64,000 nucleotides of DNA. Origin: Candidatus Microgenomates bacterium. GTDB lineage: Bacteria > Patescibacteriota > Microgenomatia > UBA8517. The stretch covers positions 287,770 to 351,769 of the forward strand of contig JBEKNE010000001.1 of NCBI GenBank assembly GCA_049523135.1. Reading direction: 5' to 3'. Each line of letters begins with the position of its first letter. Positions within the stretch are counted from its first letter, which is position 1. The notes beneath the pieces were generated by a model that saw only the letters and a program-made list of their open reading frames with translations, ran no database searches and was not told the origin of the DNA. This document shows positions 55,930-64,000 of this stretch, piece by piece. A program made the position numbers and the translations under genes.

Positions 55930-57345
55930 ATGGCAAAGAAGTTGTGGCTAATTCTTCTCGGAATTGTAACTCTGGGGTTTGTTATAAGGGTTTACAAAAT
56001 TCAATCCCTTCCTATGTATGGTGACGAGTTGACGATGGTTTATGATGAATACTCCATTCTTAAAACCGGAATGGATGCAACAGGTCAAAAATTTCCCTTA
56101 ACTTTCAAGATGGGAGCAGGACGACCTGGTGGGTATATTTATTTTTCTGTTCCATTTGTTGCAGTTTTCGGACCCACGCTTTGGGGAGAAAGAACACTAT
56201 CCCTACTTTCAGGTCTTGGGATTATAGTCCTGATGTATTTCTTGGGTAAAAAACTTTTTAACGAAAAAGTTGGGATAATAGCATCTCTTCTTACTGCTGT
56301 TTGTCCTTGGGACATTTATCTAAGTCGGGCCGGTTTTGAGGCGCATTTTGCTTTATTTTTGGCGCTTTTGGGAGTAGTATTTTTTCTTGATAAAAAATAT
56401 ATTGGGTGGGCAATTGCATGGGGACTCACCATTTTTACGTATCCAACCTTTAAATTAACTCTTCCTTTAATGTTAATTTTTCTAGTTTTTTGGAAAGGAA
56501 TTAAAGATATTGTTAAGGATAAAATTTTTTGGATAGGAATTGTTGTTCTTGCAGTTTTCGGATTAATAATCGGTTATCAAACGTTTTTTGCGGGAAGCGA
56601 GCAAAGATTTTTCTCACTAAATATTTTTTCTGATGAAACCATAAAAAACAACATTATTCAGACTGTTGACAATGACAGGAATTTTGCGACATTGCCAATA
56701 GTTTTTAAGGATATATTTATAAATAGAGAAATTGAATATGGAAGGCTTCTTCTTGATAATTATGTAGCCAATCTTTCTCCGGATTTTCTATTTTTGAGGG
56801 GTGATGGACAACCACGCGACAATCCGGGAGAAATGGGAATGCTTTATTTAATTGATTTTCCGCTCTTGATTGCAGGTTTGGTTCTTCTTTGGAAAGATGA
56901 AAGAAAAAAATTTACTCTTCTTTTGGCTTGGATTTTAATTACCCCTTTAGCAACAATGTTTTTTATGAATCCGCATGCACTGAGAAATGATTTGATGATA
57001 CCACCACTGCTTGTAATTATTTCCTACGCTTTTACAAAGATATCAAGAAAGTTTACTTATGTTGCAATCGCTCTTATTGCAATTCAACTAATTTATATAT
57101 TAGTACATATTTACAATATTGCCCCTGCAAAGTTTGTATCGTTTTGGTCGGCGGATGCGGAATCGGTTGCTTTGAAAGCTATCCAGGCTCAAAAATCGGG
57201 ACAAAAAGTAACCTTAAATGTAACAAAAGTAGATAATATTGAATATGCATATGAAGTTTATGCGAAACTAGATCCGCGGGAAGTTATTGCCCAGTCGGGC
57301 AAATTTCCTAAAGTTTATGGCAATGTTACAATTACTGACAAATAA
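55930..57345 (+). CDS. GT-C membrane glycosyltransferase, ArnT/PMT-like (family A2)
   Basis: First-loop YGDELTMVYDEYSIL motif; polytopic; 471 aa. Confidence 0.7.
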   Translation: MAKKLWLILLGIVTLGFVIRVYKIQSLPMYGDELTMVYDEYSILKTGMDATGQKFPLTFKMGAGRPGGYIYFSVPFVAVFGPTLWGERTLSLLSGLGIIVLMYFLGKKLFNEKVGIIASLLTAVCPWDIYLSRAGFEAHFALFLALLGVVFFLDKKYIGWAIAWGLTIFTYPTFKLTLPLMLIFLVFWKGIKDIVKDKIFWIGIVVLAVFGLIIGYQTFFAGSEQRFFSLNIFSDETIKNNIIQTVDNDRNFATLPIVFKDIFINREIEYGRLLLDNYVANLSPDFLFLRGDGQPRDNPGEMGMLYLIDFPLLIAGLVLLWKDERKKFTLLLAWILITPLATMFFMNPHALRNDLMIPPLLVIISYAFTKISRKFTYVAIALIAIQLIYILVHIYNIAPAKFVSFWSADAESVALKAIQAQKSGQKVTLNVTKVDNIEYAYEVYAKLDPREVIAQSGKFPKVYGNVTITDK

Positions 57346-58849
57346 TCTCAAAAAATTGAAGATATTTGTAAAATCAAAATGGTTTAAAATTTTTGTATTT
57401 GCGTTGGTCTTTGTCTTTACTTTTATCCTTCGTGCTCATAATTATGAAAGAACACCAACTTCTAACCATCTCGATGAACAGTTATATGCACTTTCCGGGA
57501 TTTATTTGGTAGAAACCGGGACACCGGTTTCCTGGTCAACCTTAAATTATCCCAAAAGTGCTGAAGTCTTTTCTGGACTTTTAACTTATAAAGGAGGACA
57601 ACCATCAGCTTACGTGACACTTTTCAGACCCTGGCTTGATGAGCCACCTCTGTTCTCTCTTTTGGTAGGGGAGTCAGCGCATATATTCCATGTAGACAGA
57701 ACCGGTTGGATACCCTCTTCATATATCAGATTTCCGATAGTTATAATTTCTGCTTTTACCTCAATACTGATTTTTTTGATAGCCATGGAAGTTAGCGGAT
57801 TTTGGACGGGTATTTTGACAATGCTTATCTACGGAACTGAACCAATTATGGTTTTTGCATCACGTACGGCAATGCCCGAGACTCTTATCGCATTTTTCTT
57901 TTGCTTAATGATCTATTTGCTTCTGAAGTTTATGAAGAATAAAAGTTTTTGGTATATTGTTCCTATCCCAGTTTTTGCAGGACTTTCTGGACTTTCCAAA
58001 CCAACTGGTTATTTTATTTTAGGTCTTGCAATCTATGTTGTTTTTTCAGAGTTTTATAAACTGAAACCTATTAAATGGGACAAGGTAGTTAAATATTTAT
58101 TATATTTGGTGCTAGCTACTGTTCCATTTGTTTTGATATACATTTGGTATGGGAATCACTTCAATTCTGAAATATTCAAGAGTATAGTCTTAACTCAGGG
58201 TTTTAGACCTGCTGGTTTTAATAGTCTTGCTTGGTTTTTCATAACTCCCAGTGCAGATACAACAATTCTTAGAAGTGCTTGGTATGTTTTTTGTCTTGTA
58301 TCAGCTGCTTTCTTTATCTTTCAGCCAAAAGAAAAAGTAAAGCAGCTTATTAGTCTCAGCTTTATCTATTGGGTGGTGGTTGTAATGCTTTCAGGGGGTG
58401 AAAATGATCTGCTTTCTTGGTATAGATTTCCTGCTTTTCCATTCCTTGCAATACTCGGGGCATGGGGGGTTGAATATATTTATGAAAAAGCTGACTTTTT
58501 TGCATCTTTCTTTGGCGTAGGATTTTTGCTGGGTAGCAGAATGCTTTTAGTAAATGCTTTTAGGCCAAATGTGTCTGCTGATACCTTTCGCTTTTCTTTT
58601 TCGATGCTTTTAGCACCGTCTTTACTTAACACAATCTTTAATAGGAGGTGGCTTAAGTTTCTGAGTCGGATTGTTATCGTTGGAGTGGTAGTTGTAGGAA
58701 TGTGGTGGAATGTTAAATATATTTACAATGCTTACGAACTTGATTGTGAGAGTCAGACTTGTCCCATGGTACCCTCAACAATTCTTTCCAGCCTGCATTA
58801 TCCTGTTATCTGGCGCTTCTTTGTACTTGGAGATTCGGTTCTGCACTAA
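57317..58849 (+). CDS. GT-C membrane glycosyltransferase, ArnT/PMT-like (family A2)
   Basis: HLDEQLYALSGIYL loop motif and multiple TM helices. Start at the internal ATG; it overlaps the upstream gene by ~29 nt. Confidence 0.65.
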   Translation: MAMLQLLTNNLKKLKIFVKSKWFKIFVFALVFVFTFILRAHNYERTPTSNHLDEQLYALSGIYLVETGTPVSWSTLNYPKSAEVFSGLLTYKGGQPSAYVTLFRPWLDEPPLFSLLVGESAHIFHVDRTGWIPSSYIRFPIVIISAFTSILIFLIAMEVSGFWTGILTMLIYGTEPIMVFASRTAMPETLIAFFFCLMIYLLLKFMKNKSFWYIVPIPVFAGLSGLSKPTGYFILGLAIYVVFSEFYKLKPIKWDKVVKYLLYLVLATVPFVLIYIWYGNHFNSEIFKSIVLTQGFRPAGFNSLAWFFITPSADTTILRSAWYVFCLVSAAFFIFQPKEKVKQLISLSFIYWVVVVMLSGGENDLLSWYRFPAFPFLAILGAWGVEYIYEKADFFASFFGVGFLLGSRMLLVNAFRPNVSADTFRFSFSMLLAPSLLNTIFNRRWLKFLSRIVIVGVVVVGMWWNVKYIYNAYELDCESQTCPMVPSTILSSLHYPVIWRFFVLGDSVLH

Positions 58850-58895
58850 TTTGTCGGAAAAATTTTACTTGCAGTTTTGAAGCTGGTACCATTGA

Positions 58896-60554
58896 ATGAG
58901 AATGAAAAAAGTCATTTACCCCGCGCTTTTAAGTTTGGTTTTGGTCTTAGCTTTCTTTTTGAGGTTCTACAAACTCACCAGCGATCCGCCATCTCTGAAT
59001 TGGGATGAGGTTGCAATCGGATACAATGCCTATTCAATCCTGAAAACAGGGAAAGATGAGTGGGGAGTAAAGCTTCCTTTAAATTTTGAATCATATAGCG
59101 AATATAAACTTCCTACCCAGATCTATGCCTCAATACCGGCGATTGCTATATTTGGGCTTAATGACTTTTCGGTGAGAATAACTCCTGTGATTTATGGTGT
59201 ACTAACGGTTCTGTCTGTATATTTTTTGACTTACGCCCTTTTTAAGAAAAAAAGCGTTGCTCTACTTACCGCTTTTTTGGTTGCAACTTCAGCTTGGCAT
59301 ATTCAGCTCACACGTGCGTCTTTCGAATCTTCATTTTCGGTTCTTTGGGTAGTTCTTGGACTTTGGCTCTTAATTTTGGGATTTAAAAAACCCAAGTATT
59401 GGATAGTTTCTGCCATTCCATTTGCGATTTCTGTTTATACATATAATAGTGCTAGGGTTTTTACTCCACTTTTCCTTCTTGCGATTCTATTGATTTACAG
59501 AAAAGAATTTCTTAAAAACGTCAAGTATGCTGTCGCTGCCACCATTTTACTTTTTGTTTTGGTTGCACCTCTGATACCAATTATTCTTAATGGTCAGGCA
59601 ACCGATCGGTACAAGCTAGTTAGTATTACCAACGACCCAGGTCTTATTCCGCGAATTGATCAGGCCAGGAATAACTCAAAATTACCACCTCTTTTGACTA
59701 AACTTGTCTATAACAGAGTAACTTATGTAAGTATCTATTTTACCGAAAATTACTTGGCCCATTTTACGCCAAACTTTCTTTTTATTAGTGGTGCTGGGCA
59801 TAAGCAGCATAATGTTCAGGGAATGGGGGAACTCTACCTTTTTCAAGCGCCGTTTATTCTCGTAGGACTATATTTTCTTTTCAAAAAGAAAGTGCCTTTC
59901 AGGTGGCTTCTACTAAGTTGGCTCTTGATTGCTTTTATTCCTGTTGCCACAACCGATGATAGTATTCCCAATGCTTTGCGAACTATTATTGCTGAACCCT
60001 TTTACGAACTTATAACTGCATATGGAATTTATGAGGTGTACTTGTGGGCTAAAGATAAAAAAATAACAAGTTATGTTCTCTGGGGGGCAACAATAATTCT
60101 TGCTTCTTACAATTTTTATCATTACCTTTATCTTTTTTATGACGTCTATCCATATAAATATTCTGAAGATTGGCAATATGGATATGAACAGGCGGTTTCA
60201 TATATTCAAAAAAATTACAGTAAGTATGATTTGATTGTTTTTACCCGAACTTATGGTGAGCCATATATGTTTACTCTTTTTTATCTCAAATATGATCCTG
60301 CTGAATTTCAAAATAATCCGAACTTGGACCGTTTTATAGCCAACAATTGGGAATGGGTTTTGAAGTTTGATAAGTTTTATTTTCCCGATTTGGGAGATCC
60401 CGGAACGCACTATCAGGATATAGTTAAAGCAAATCCTGGCAAAAAGATTCTTTTTATAGGTAAACCTGGGGACTTTCCGGCGGGTACTCCGATTTTGGAA
60501 CAAATAAATTTCTTGGATGGAAAAGGTGACTTCCAGATTACAGATATAAAATGA
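58896..60554 (+). CDS. GT-C membrane glycosyltransferase, ArnT/PMT-like (family A2, tandem paralog 1 of 3)
   Basis: LNWDEVAIGYNAYSIL loop motif. Conserved C-terminal segment DWQYGYEQAVSYI...GEPYMFTLFYLKYDP shared with the next two genes. Confidence 0.7.
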   Translation: MRMKKVIYPALLSLVLVLAFFLRFYKLTSDPPSLNWDEVAIGYNAYSILKTGKDEWGVKLPLNFESYSEYKLPTQIYASIPAIAIFGLNDFSVRITPVIYGVLTVLSVYFLTYALFKKKSVALLTAFLVATSAWHIQLTRASFESSFSVLWVVLGLWLLILGFKKPKYWIVSAIPFAISVYTYNSARVFTPLFLLAILLIYRKEFLKNVKYAVAATILLFVLVAPLIPIILNGQATDRYKLVSITNDPGLIPRIDQARNNSKLPPLLTKLVYNRVTYVSIYFTENYLAHFTPNFLFISGAGHKQHNVQGMGELYLFQAPFILVGLYFLFKKKVPFRWLLLSWLLIAFIPVATTDDSIPNALRTIIAEPFYELITAYGIYEVYLWAKDKKITSYVLWGATIILASYNFYHYLYLFYDVYPYKYSEDWQYGYEQAVSYIQKNYSKYDLIVFTRTYGEPYMFTLFYLKYDPAEFQNNPNLDRFIANNWEWVLKFDKFYFPDLGDPGTHYQDIVKANPGKKILFIGKPGDFPAGTPILEQINFLDGKGDFQITDIK

Positions 60555-62122
60555 AAAGAATAGAAATTATTTTTTTGTCGGTTATCGTAGTTATTGCAGC
60601 CGTTATACGTTTTATCGCAATAACCAGTATTCCTCCTTCATTGGATTGGGATGAGGCCTCAGTTGGATACGATGCTTATTCGATTTTACAAACCGGCAAA
60701 GACCAGTGGGGAAAGATTTTTCCTATTGTTTTTCAATCTTTCGGTGAATTTAAATACCCTATCCATATTTATTTTACGGCTTTGACTACGTGGATATTCG
60801 GATATGGCACTTTTTCGGTTAGAGTCGGGTCGGCATTTTTTGGAGTTATAAATATTGTACTGTTATTTTTCCTCGTTTGGATTTTGACGAAGAGTAAAAC
60901 GGTTGCATTTACGGCAAGTTTACTTATGGCATTTTCCCCTTGGGCGATTCAATTCTCCAGAGTTAATTGGGAAACAAATTTTGGGCTTTTCTTTTTCTTT
61001 TTGGGGATAATTTATTTCTTTAAAGGTTTGGAAAAGAAAAGATGGTTTATCCCTCTTTCTTTTCTGCTTTTTGGGATCGACCTTTTTACTTATAATGCTG
61101 CAAAGGTTTTTATACCTTTATTTGTTTTTGCTTTGGTAGTTATTTATTGGAAAGATCTACTTCAGAATAAATTTTATTCAATAATAGGTGCCTTGATATT
61201 TTTTGGCTTTATCTTAGTTAATGTTTTTCAGCCCGACTTATCTGGCATTGGTCGTTTGGGTCAAGTAGTTTTTCCGGACAGTGAGATTAAGTCCACATAC
61301 CTATATAAATTGACAAAGCACGAAAAAGTAGGCATGCTTCAGCTTGTCGCTCAAAATTATTTATTCCACTTTACACCTCAATTCCTTTTTATTTCGGGTG
61401 ATTCCAACCCAAGACATTCAATACAAACAGTAGGGGAACTTTACTGGTTTGATGCCATATTATTGCCTATTGGTTTCTATTACATAATTAGAAATAACAA
61501 GAAATGGTCATGGCTTTTACTTGTCTGGTTTTTTCTGGCTCCAATTCCGGCATCAATAGCGACGGAAGCTCCACATGCATCGCGTACAATGTTTGCAATT
61601 GGAGGGTGGCAGGTTGTTTCGACATTGGGTTTTTGCTGGTTGTTGGACTTAGCTAAAAAGCTTAAATTCCAATTGTGGTTTGTTACAATTTCAACTTTAG
61701 TGTTTTTACTCTTTACCGAAAATTATCTTTTTAAATATTTTGGGGCTTATTCCGTAAACTATTCGAGTGATTGGCAATATGGTTATATGAAAATATTTAC
61801 GGGCTATAAAAATGATTTTGGCAGATACAACCACATCGTTGTCTCCGATCAAGATGGACAGCCATATATTTTTGCCCTTTTTTACCTTAAATATAACCCT
61901 GATTTGTTCAGGGAAACCGTTGTCTATAACCCGGAAAACGATTGGGGAGCCTCGACCGTAAAAAGTTTTGATAAGTTTGTATTTAAAAAGGTTGAAAATT
62001 CTGATTTACAAAAAAATACTTTAATTTTTGCTACGCCTATGGATATGATTACAAATGCGACACCATTGGGAGTTATTAGGAATTTGGACGGAAGCGTAGC
62101 TTTTTGGGTTTATTCTAAATGA
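60551..62122 (+). CDS. GT-C membrane glycosyltransferase, ArnT/PMT-like (family A2, tandem paralog 2 of 3)
   Basis: LDWDEASVGYDAYSIL and DWQYGYMKIF...GQPYIFALFYLKYNP motifs; ATGA overlap with the upstream gene. Confidence 0.7.
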   Translation: MKRIEIIFLSVIVVIAAVIRFIAITSIPPSLDWDEASVGYDAYSILQTGKDQWGKIFPIVFQSFGEFKYPIHIYFTALTTWIFGYGTFSVRVGSAFFGVINIVLLFFLVWILTKSKTVAFTASLLMAFSPWAIQFSRVNWETNFGLFFFFLGIIYFFKGLEKKRWFIPLSFLLFGIDLFTYNAAKVFIPLFVFALVVIYWKDLLQNKFYSIIGALIFFGFILVNVFQPDLSGIGRLGQVVFPDSEIKSTYLYKLTKHEKVGMLQLVAQNYLFHFTPQFLFISGDSNPRHSIQTVGELYWFDAILLPIGFYYIIRNNKKWSWLLLVWFFLAPIPASIATEAPHASRTMFAIGGWQVVSTLGFCWLLDLAKKLKFQLWFVTISTLVFLLFTENYLFKYFGAYSVNYSSDWQYGYMKIFTGYKNDFGRYNHIVVSDQDGQPYIFALFYLKYNPDLFRETVVYNPENDWGASTVKSFDKFVFKKVENSDLQKNTLIFATPMDMITNATPLGVIRNLDGSVAFWVYSK

Positions 62123-63720
62123 AAAATTATATTAAATATCTACTACTGACATTAATAGTAATTGGGGCTGCTTTTTTAAGGATCTATAAACTTACTCAAG
62201 TGCCTTCATCTCTTAACTGGGATGAAGTAGCAGCAGGGTATAATGCTTTCACAATTGCCAATTGGGGTGAGGATGAGTATGGCAACAAATTTCCTCTTGT
62301 TTTTAGATCATTTGGGGACGATAAACATCCAGTCCATATTTATATAACTGCATTTTTCGTAAAGATTTTTGGTTTGAATGAATTTACAACAAGATTTCCC
62401 AGTGCTCTTTTTGGAACTTTGACAGTGGTTGCAATTTATTTTCTTATAAAATTGATGTTTAAAAACGAACTTGCTGGTATTCTCTCTGCTCTTTTTCTGG
62501 CAATTTCACCTTATCACTTGCAATTTTCCAGAGGCCTTTGGGAGATTACATTTGCTGTATTTTTTTATATTTTAGCTCTACTACTTTTCTATCTAGGAAT
62601 TAAAAAGAAATCTTGGCTTCTGCCCCTGTCTTGTTTCAGTTTTGGGATTTCATTTTTCTCTTATCACTCATCAAAAGTTATGGTGCCTCCGACAATTCTT
62701 CTTTTGTCCGTTTTATATTTTAAAGACATAATTAAAAACAAAACAGCACTTATTTTCAGCGGTTTGGTAATACTTCTTTTTACAGGCTTAACTATCCATG
62801 ACCCAAGGATTTTAGGTTTTGCCAGGATCGAGCAAAATCAAATACCCCAAAGTGAACTTGATGCAACCGTTCTGTACAAAAAAACTCACAATCAGTATTT
62901 GGCTATGGTGGAGGTTACTCTGAATCATTATAAAACATATTTCTACCCAAGTTATTTGTTTGTCACGGGGGATAGTAATCCTAGGAATGCCGTGCAGAAC
63001 TTTGGAGAGTTTTATAAAGTTGATGCATTTTTAGTTTTGGCTGGAATTGTGTATCTTATTTGGAAGAGGCCAAGAGAAGGATTGGTTTTGGCATTATGGC
63101 TTGTCTTGGCTCCTATTGCGGCTGCTTTTGCAGGTGGTCCACAAAATGCAATTAGAGCCGGTTTTATGATGGGTGGTGTTAATATCCTTGCTGCTTTAGG
63201 GGCAAGTGGTTTTATTAGTTTTATTAAGAATAAAATTTGGTATGTTGTTGCTGGTCTTATTATTTTAGTTCCTCTTTTTACGGAATTTGGAATGTATTTG
63301 AAATATTACTATACGGAATACTCGAATAAATATGCGATCGAATGGCAGTATGGCATGAAACAGATTGTTGAATATTTAAAAGCTAACCCAAATTACATTC
63401 AAGTGTATATGGATAATATTAGACAGCAGCCGTATATCTTTTTCTTGTACTACTTTAAGACACCTCTTCCGGATTTGCTCAATACAGTACATTATGACGA
63501 CAGCCGGTCAAAAAGTTATAACACAGTAGTATCCTTTGGAGAATATCAGTTCGGTGGAAACTGGAATATAATAGATAGCTATCCAAACGATGATGTTTTG
63601 TACATAATGACACCAAGCTATTATGGGGGACTGAGGTATATCAGTCAATTTGATGTTAAAGATTTGATTAAATATCCAAACGATGCTAACGCGTTTTATA
63701 TTGTAGAAGCAAAACAATGA
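62119..63720 (+). CDS. GT-C membrane glycosyltransferase, ArnT/PMT-like (family A2, tandem paralog 3 of 3)
   Basis: LNWDEVAAGYNAFTI and EWQYGMKQIV...QQPYIFFLYYFKTP motifs; ATGA overlap with the upstream gene. Confidence 0.7.
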   Translation: MKNYIKYLLLTLIVIGAAFLRIYKLTQVPSSLNWDEVAAGYNAFTIANWGEDEYGNKFPLVFRSFGDDKHPVHIYITAFFVKIFGLNEFTTRFPSALFGTLTVVAIYFLIKLMFKNELAGILSALFLAISPYHLQFSRGLWEITFAVFFYILALLLFYLGIKKKSWLLPLSCFSFGISFFSYHSSKVMVPPTILLLSVLYFKDIIKNKTALIFSGLVILLFTGLTIHDPRILGFARIEQNQIPQSELDATVLYKKTHNQYLAMVEVTLNHYKTYFYPSYLFVTGDSNPRNAVQNFGEFYKVDAFLVLAGIVYLIWKRPREGLVLALWLVLAPIAAAFAGGPQNAIRAGFMMGGVNILAALGASGFISFIKNKIWYVVAGLIILVPLFTEFGMYLKYYYTEYSNKYAIEWQYGMKQIVEYLKANPNYIQVYMDNIRQQPYIFFLYYFKTPLPDLLNTVHYDDSRSKSYNTVVSFGEYQFGGNWNIIDSYPNDDVLYIMTPSYYGGLRYISQFDVKDLIKYPNDANAFYIVEAKQ

Positions 63721-64000
63721 TTAAACTCTCAGTTATTCTGGCTACGAGGAATGAAGAAGAAAATATTGGCAGGTGTTTAGAGTCTGTCAAAAATATTGTC
63801 GATGAGATAATTGTGGTTGATGAAAATTCAACTGATAAAACCCGCGAAATTGCCGAAAAAAATGGAGCGAAAGTATTTTTGGAACCCCATCATGATATTT
63901 TTCATATAACTAAAGAAAAGGCTTTGGAAAAAGCGACAGGGGATTGGATACTTCAACTTGATGCGGATGAGGTTGTAACCTCTGAACTGTCGAAAGAAAT
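63717..64000 (+). CDS. GT2 glycosyltransferase, WaaE/KdtX-like; 3' end outside window
   Basis: MIKLSVILATRNEEENIGRCLESV...DEIIVVDENSTDKTREIAEKNGAKVF...ILQLDADEVV; paralog of 36806... ATGA overlap with the upstream stop. Confidence 0.7.
   Translation, partial: MIKLSVILATRNEEENIGRCLESVKNIVDEIIVVDENSTDKTREIAEKNGAKVFLEPHHDIFHITKEKALEKATGDWILQLDADEVVTSELSKE

Noticed and set aside
1-64000. Search for tRNA or rRNA genes, CRISPR arrays, and transposase or integrase genes
   Set aside because: No T-arm or anticodon-arm-like cloverleaf candidates were found in the few intergenic gaps. There are no short direct repeat arrays and no recombinase-like ORFs. The window appears free of these feature classes.

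Overview
The window is AT-rich and gene-dense, with mostly co-directional genes and frequent 1-20 nt start/stop overlaps. TGA is used as a stop codon, so the standard bacterial code applies. The gene content and style look like a small-genome Gram-positive-like or candidate-phyla bacterium; this is an inference.

The first ~19 kb is housekeeping: lysS (5' truncated by the window edge), an HD hydrolase, serS, rarA, secA, a membrane-anchored FKBP, tgt, prfB (no programmed frameshift), ftsE-ftsX plus a PcsB/EnvC-like coiled-coil cysteine-peptidase gene, a VanZ-like protein, galE, a CAP-domain protein and galU.

Around 19.3-20.35 kb sits a GC-rich single-gene cassette encoding a Nudix-like protein. 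It has a long leader with a strong AAGGAG ribosome-binding site, is flanked by a perfect 12-bp GC-rich inverted repeat, and is followed by two branched hairpins.

From ~20.4 kb to the window end (>43 kb) runs a very large cell-envelope glycosylation supercluster, interrupted only by trmD and a DHH/NrnA phosphoesterase. Its parts are:
- a CDP-glucose to CDP-6-deoxyhexose operon (ddhA/rfbF, ddhB/rfbG, RmlC-like, RmlD-like, Nudix-like);
- about 10 GT2 genes, including three Dpm1/GtrB-like polyprenyl-phosphate-sugar synthases (one fused to a GtrA-like flippase domain) and three WaaE-like paralogs;
- one GT4 and a Wzx/MOP flippase;
- 15 polytopic GT-C-type membrane proteins in at least five families (PMT_2/ArnT-like, classic ArnT-like with DE motifs, YfhO-like long and short forms, GT87/DUF2029-like, and an uncharacterised 'NGHDGxWH' family), many in tandem paralog arrays.

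This looks like a multi-module, lipid-carrier-dependent extracytoplasmic glycosylation machinery, analogous to the CsbB/GtcA/YfhO and Ppm1/PMT systems. The acceptor is unknown; exported proteins in the same window carry Thr/Pro/Ala-rich linkers that are candidate targets. Several operon-leading genes have -10-like hexamers 5-11 nt upstream of the start codon and no Shine-Dalgarno sequence, which suggests leaderless transcripts. No rRNA, tRNA or CRISPR was found.
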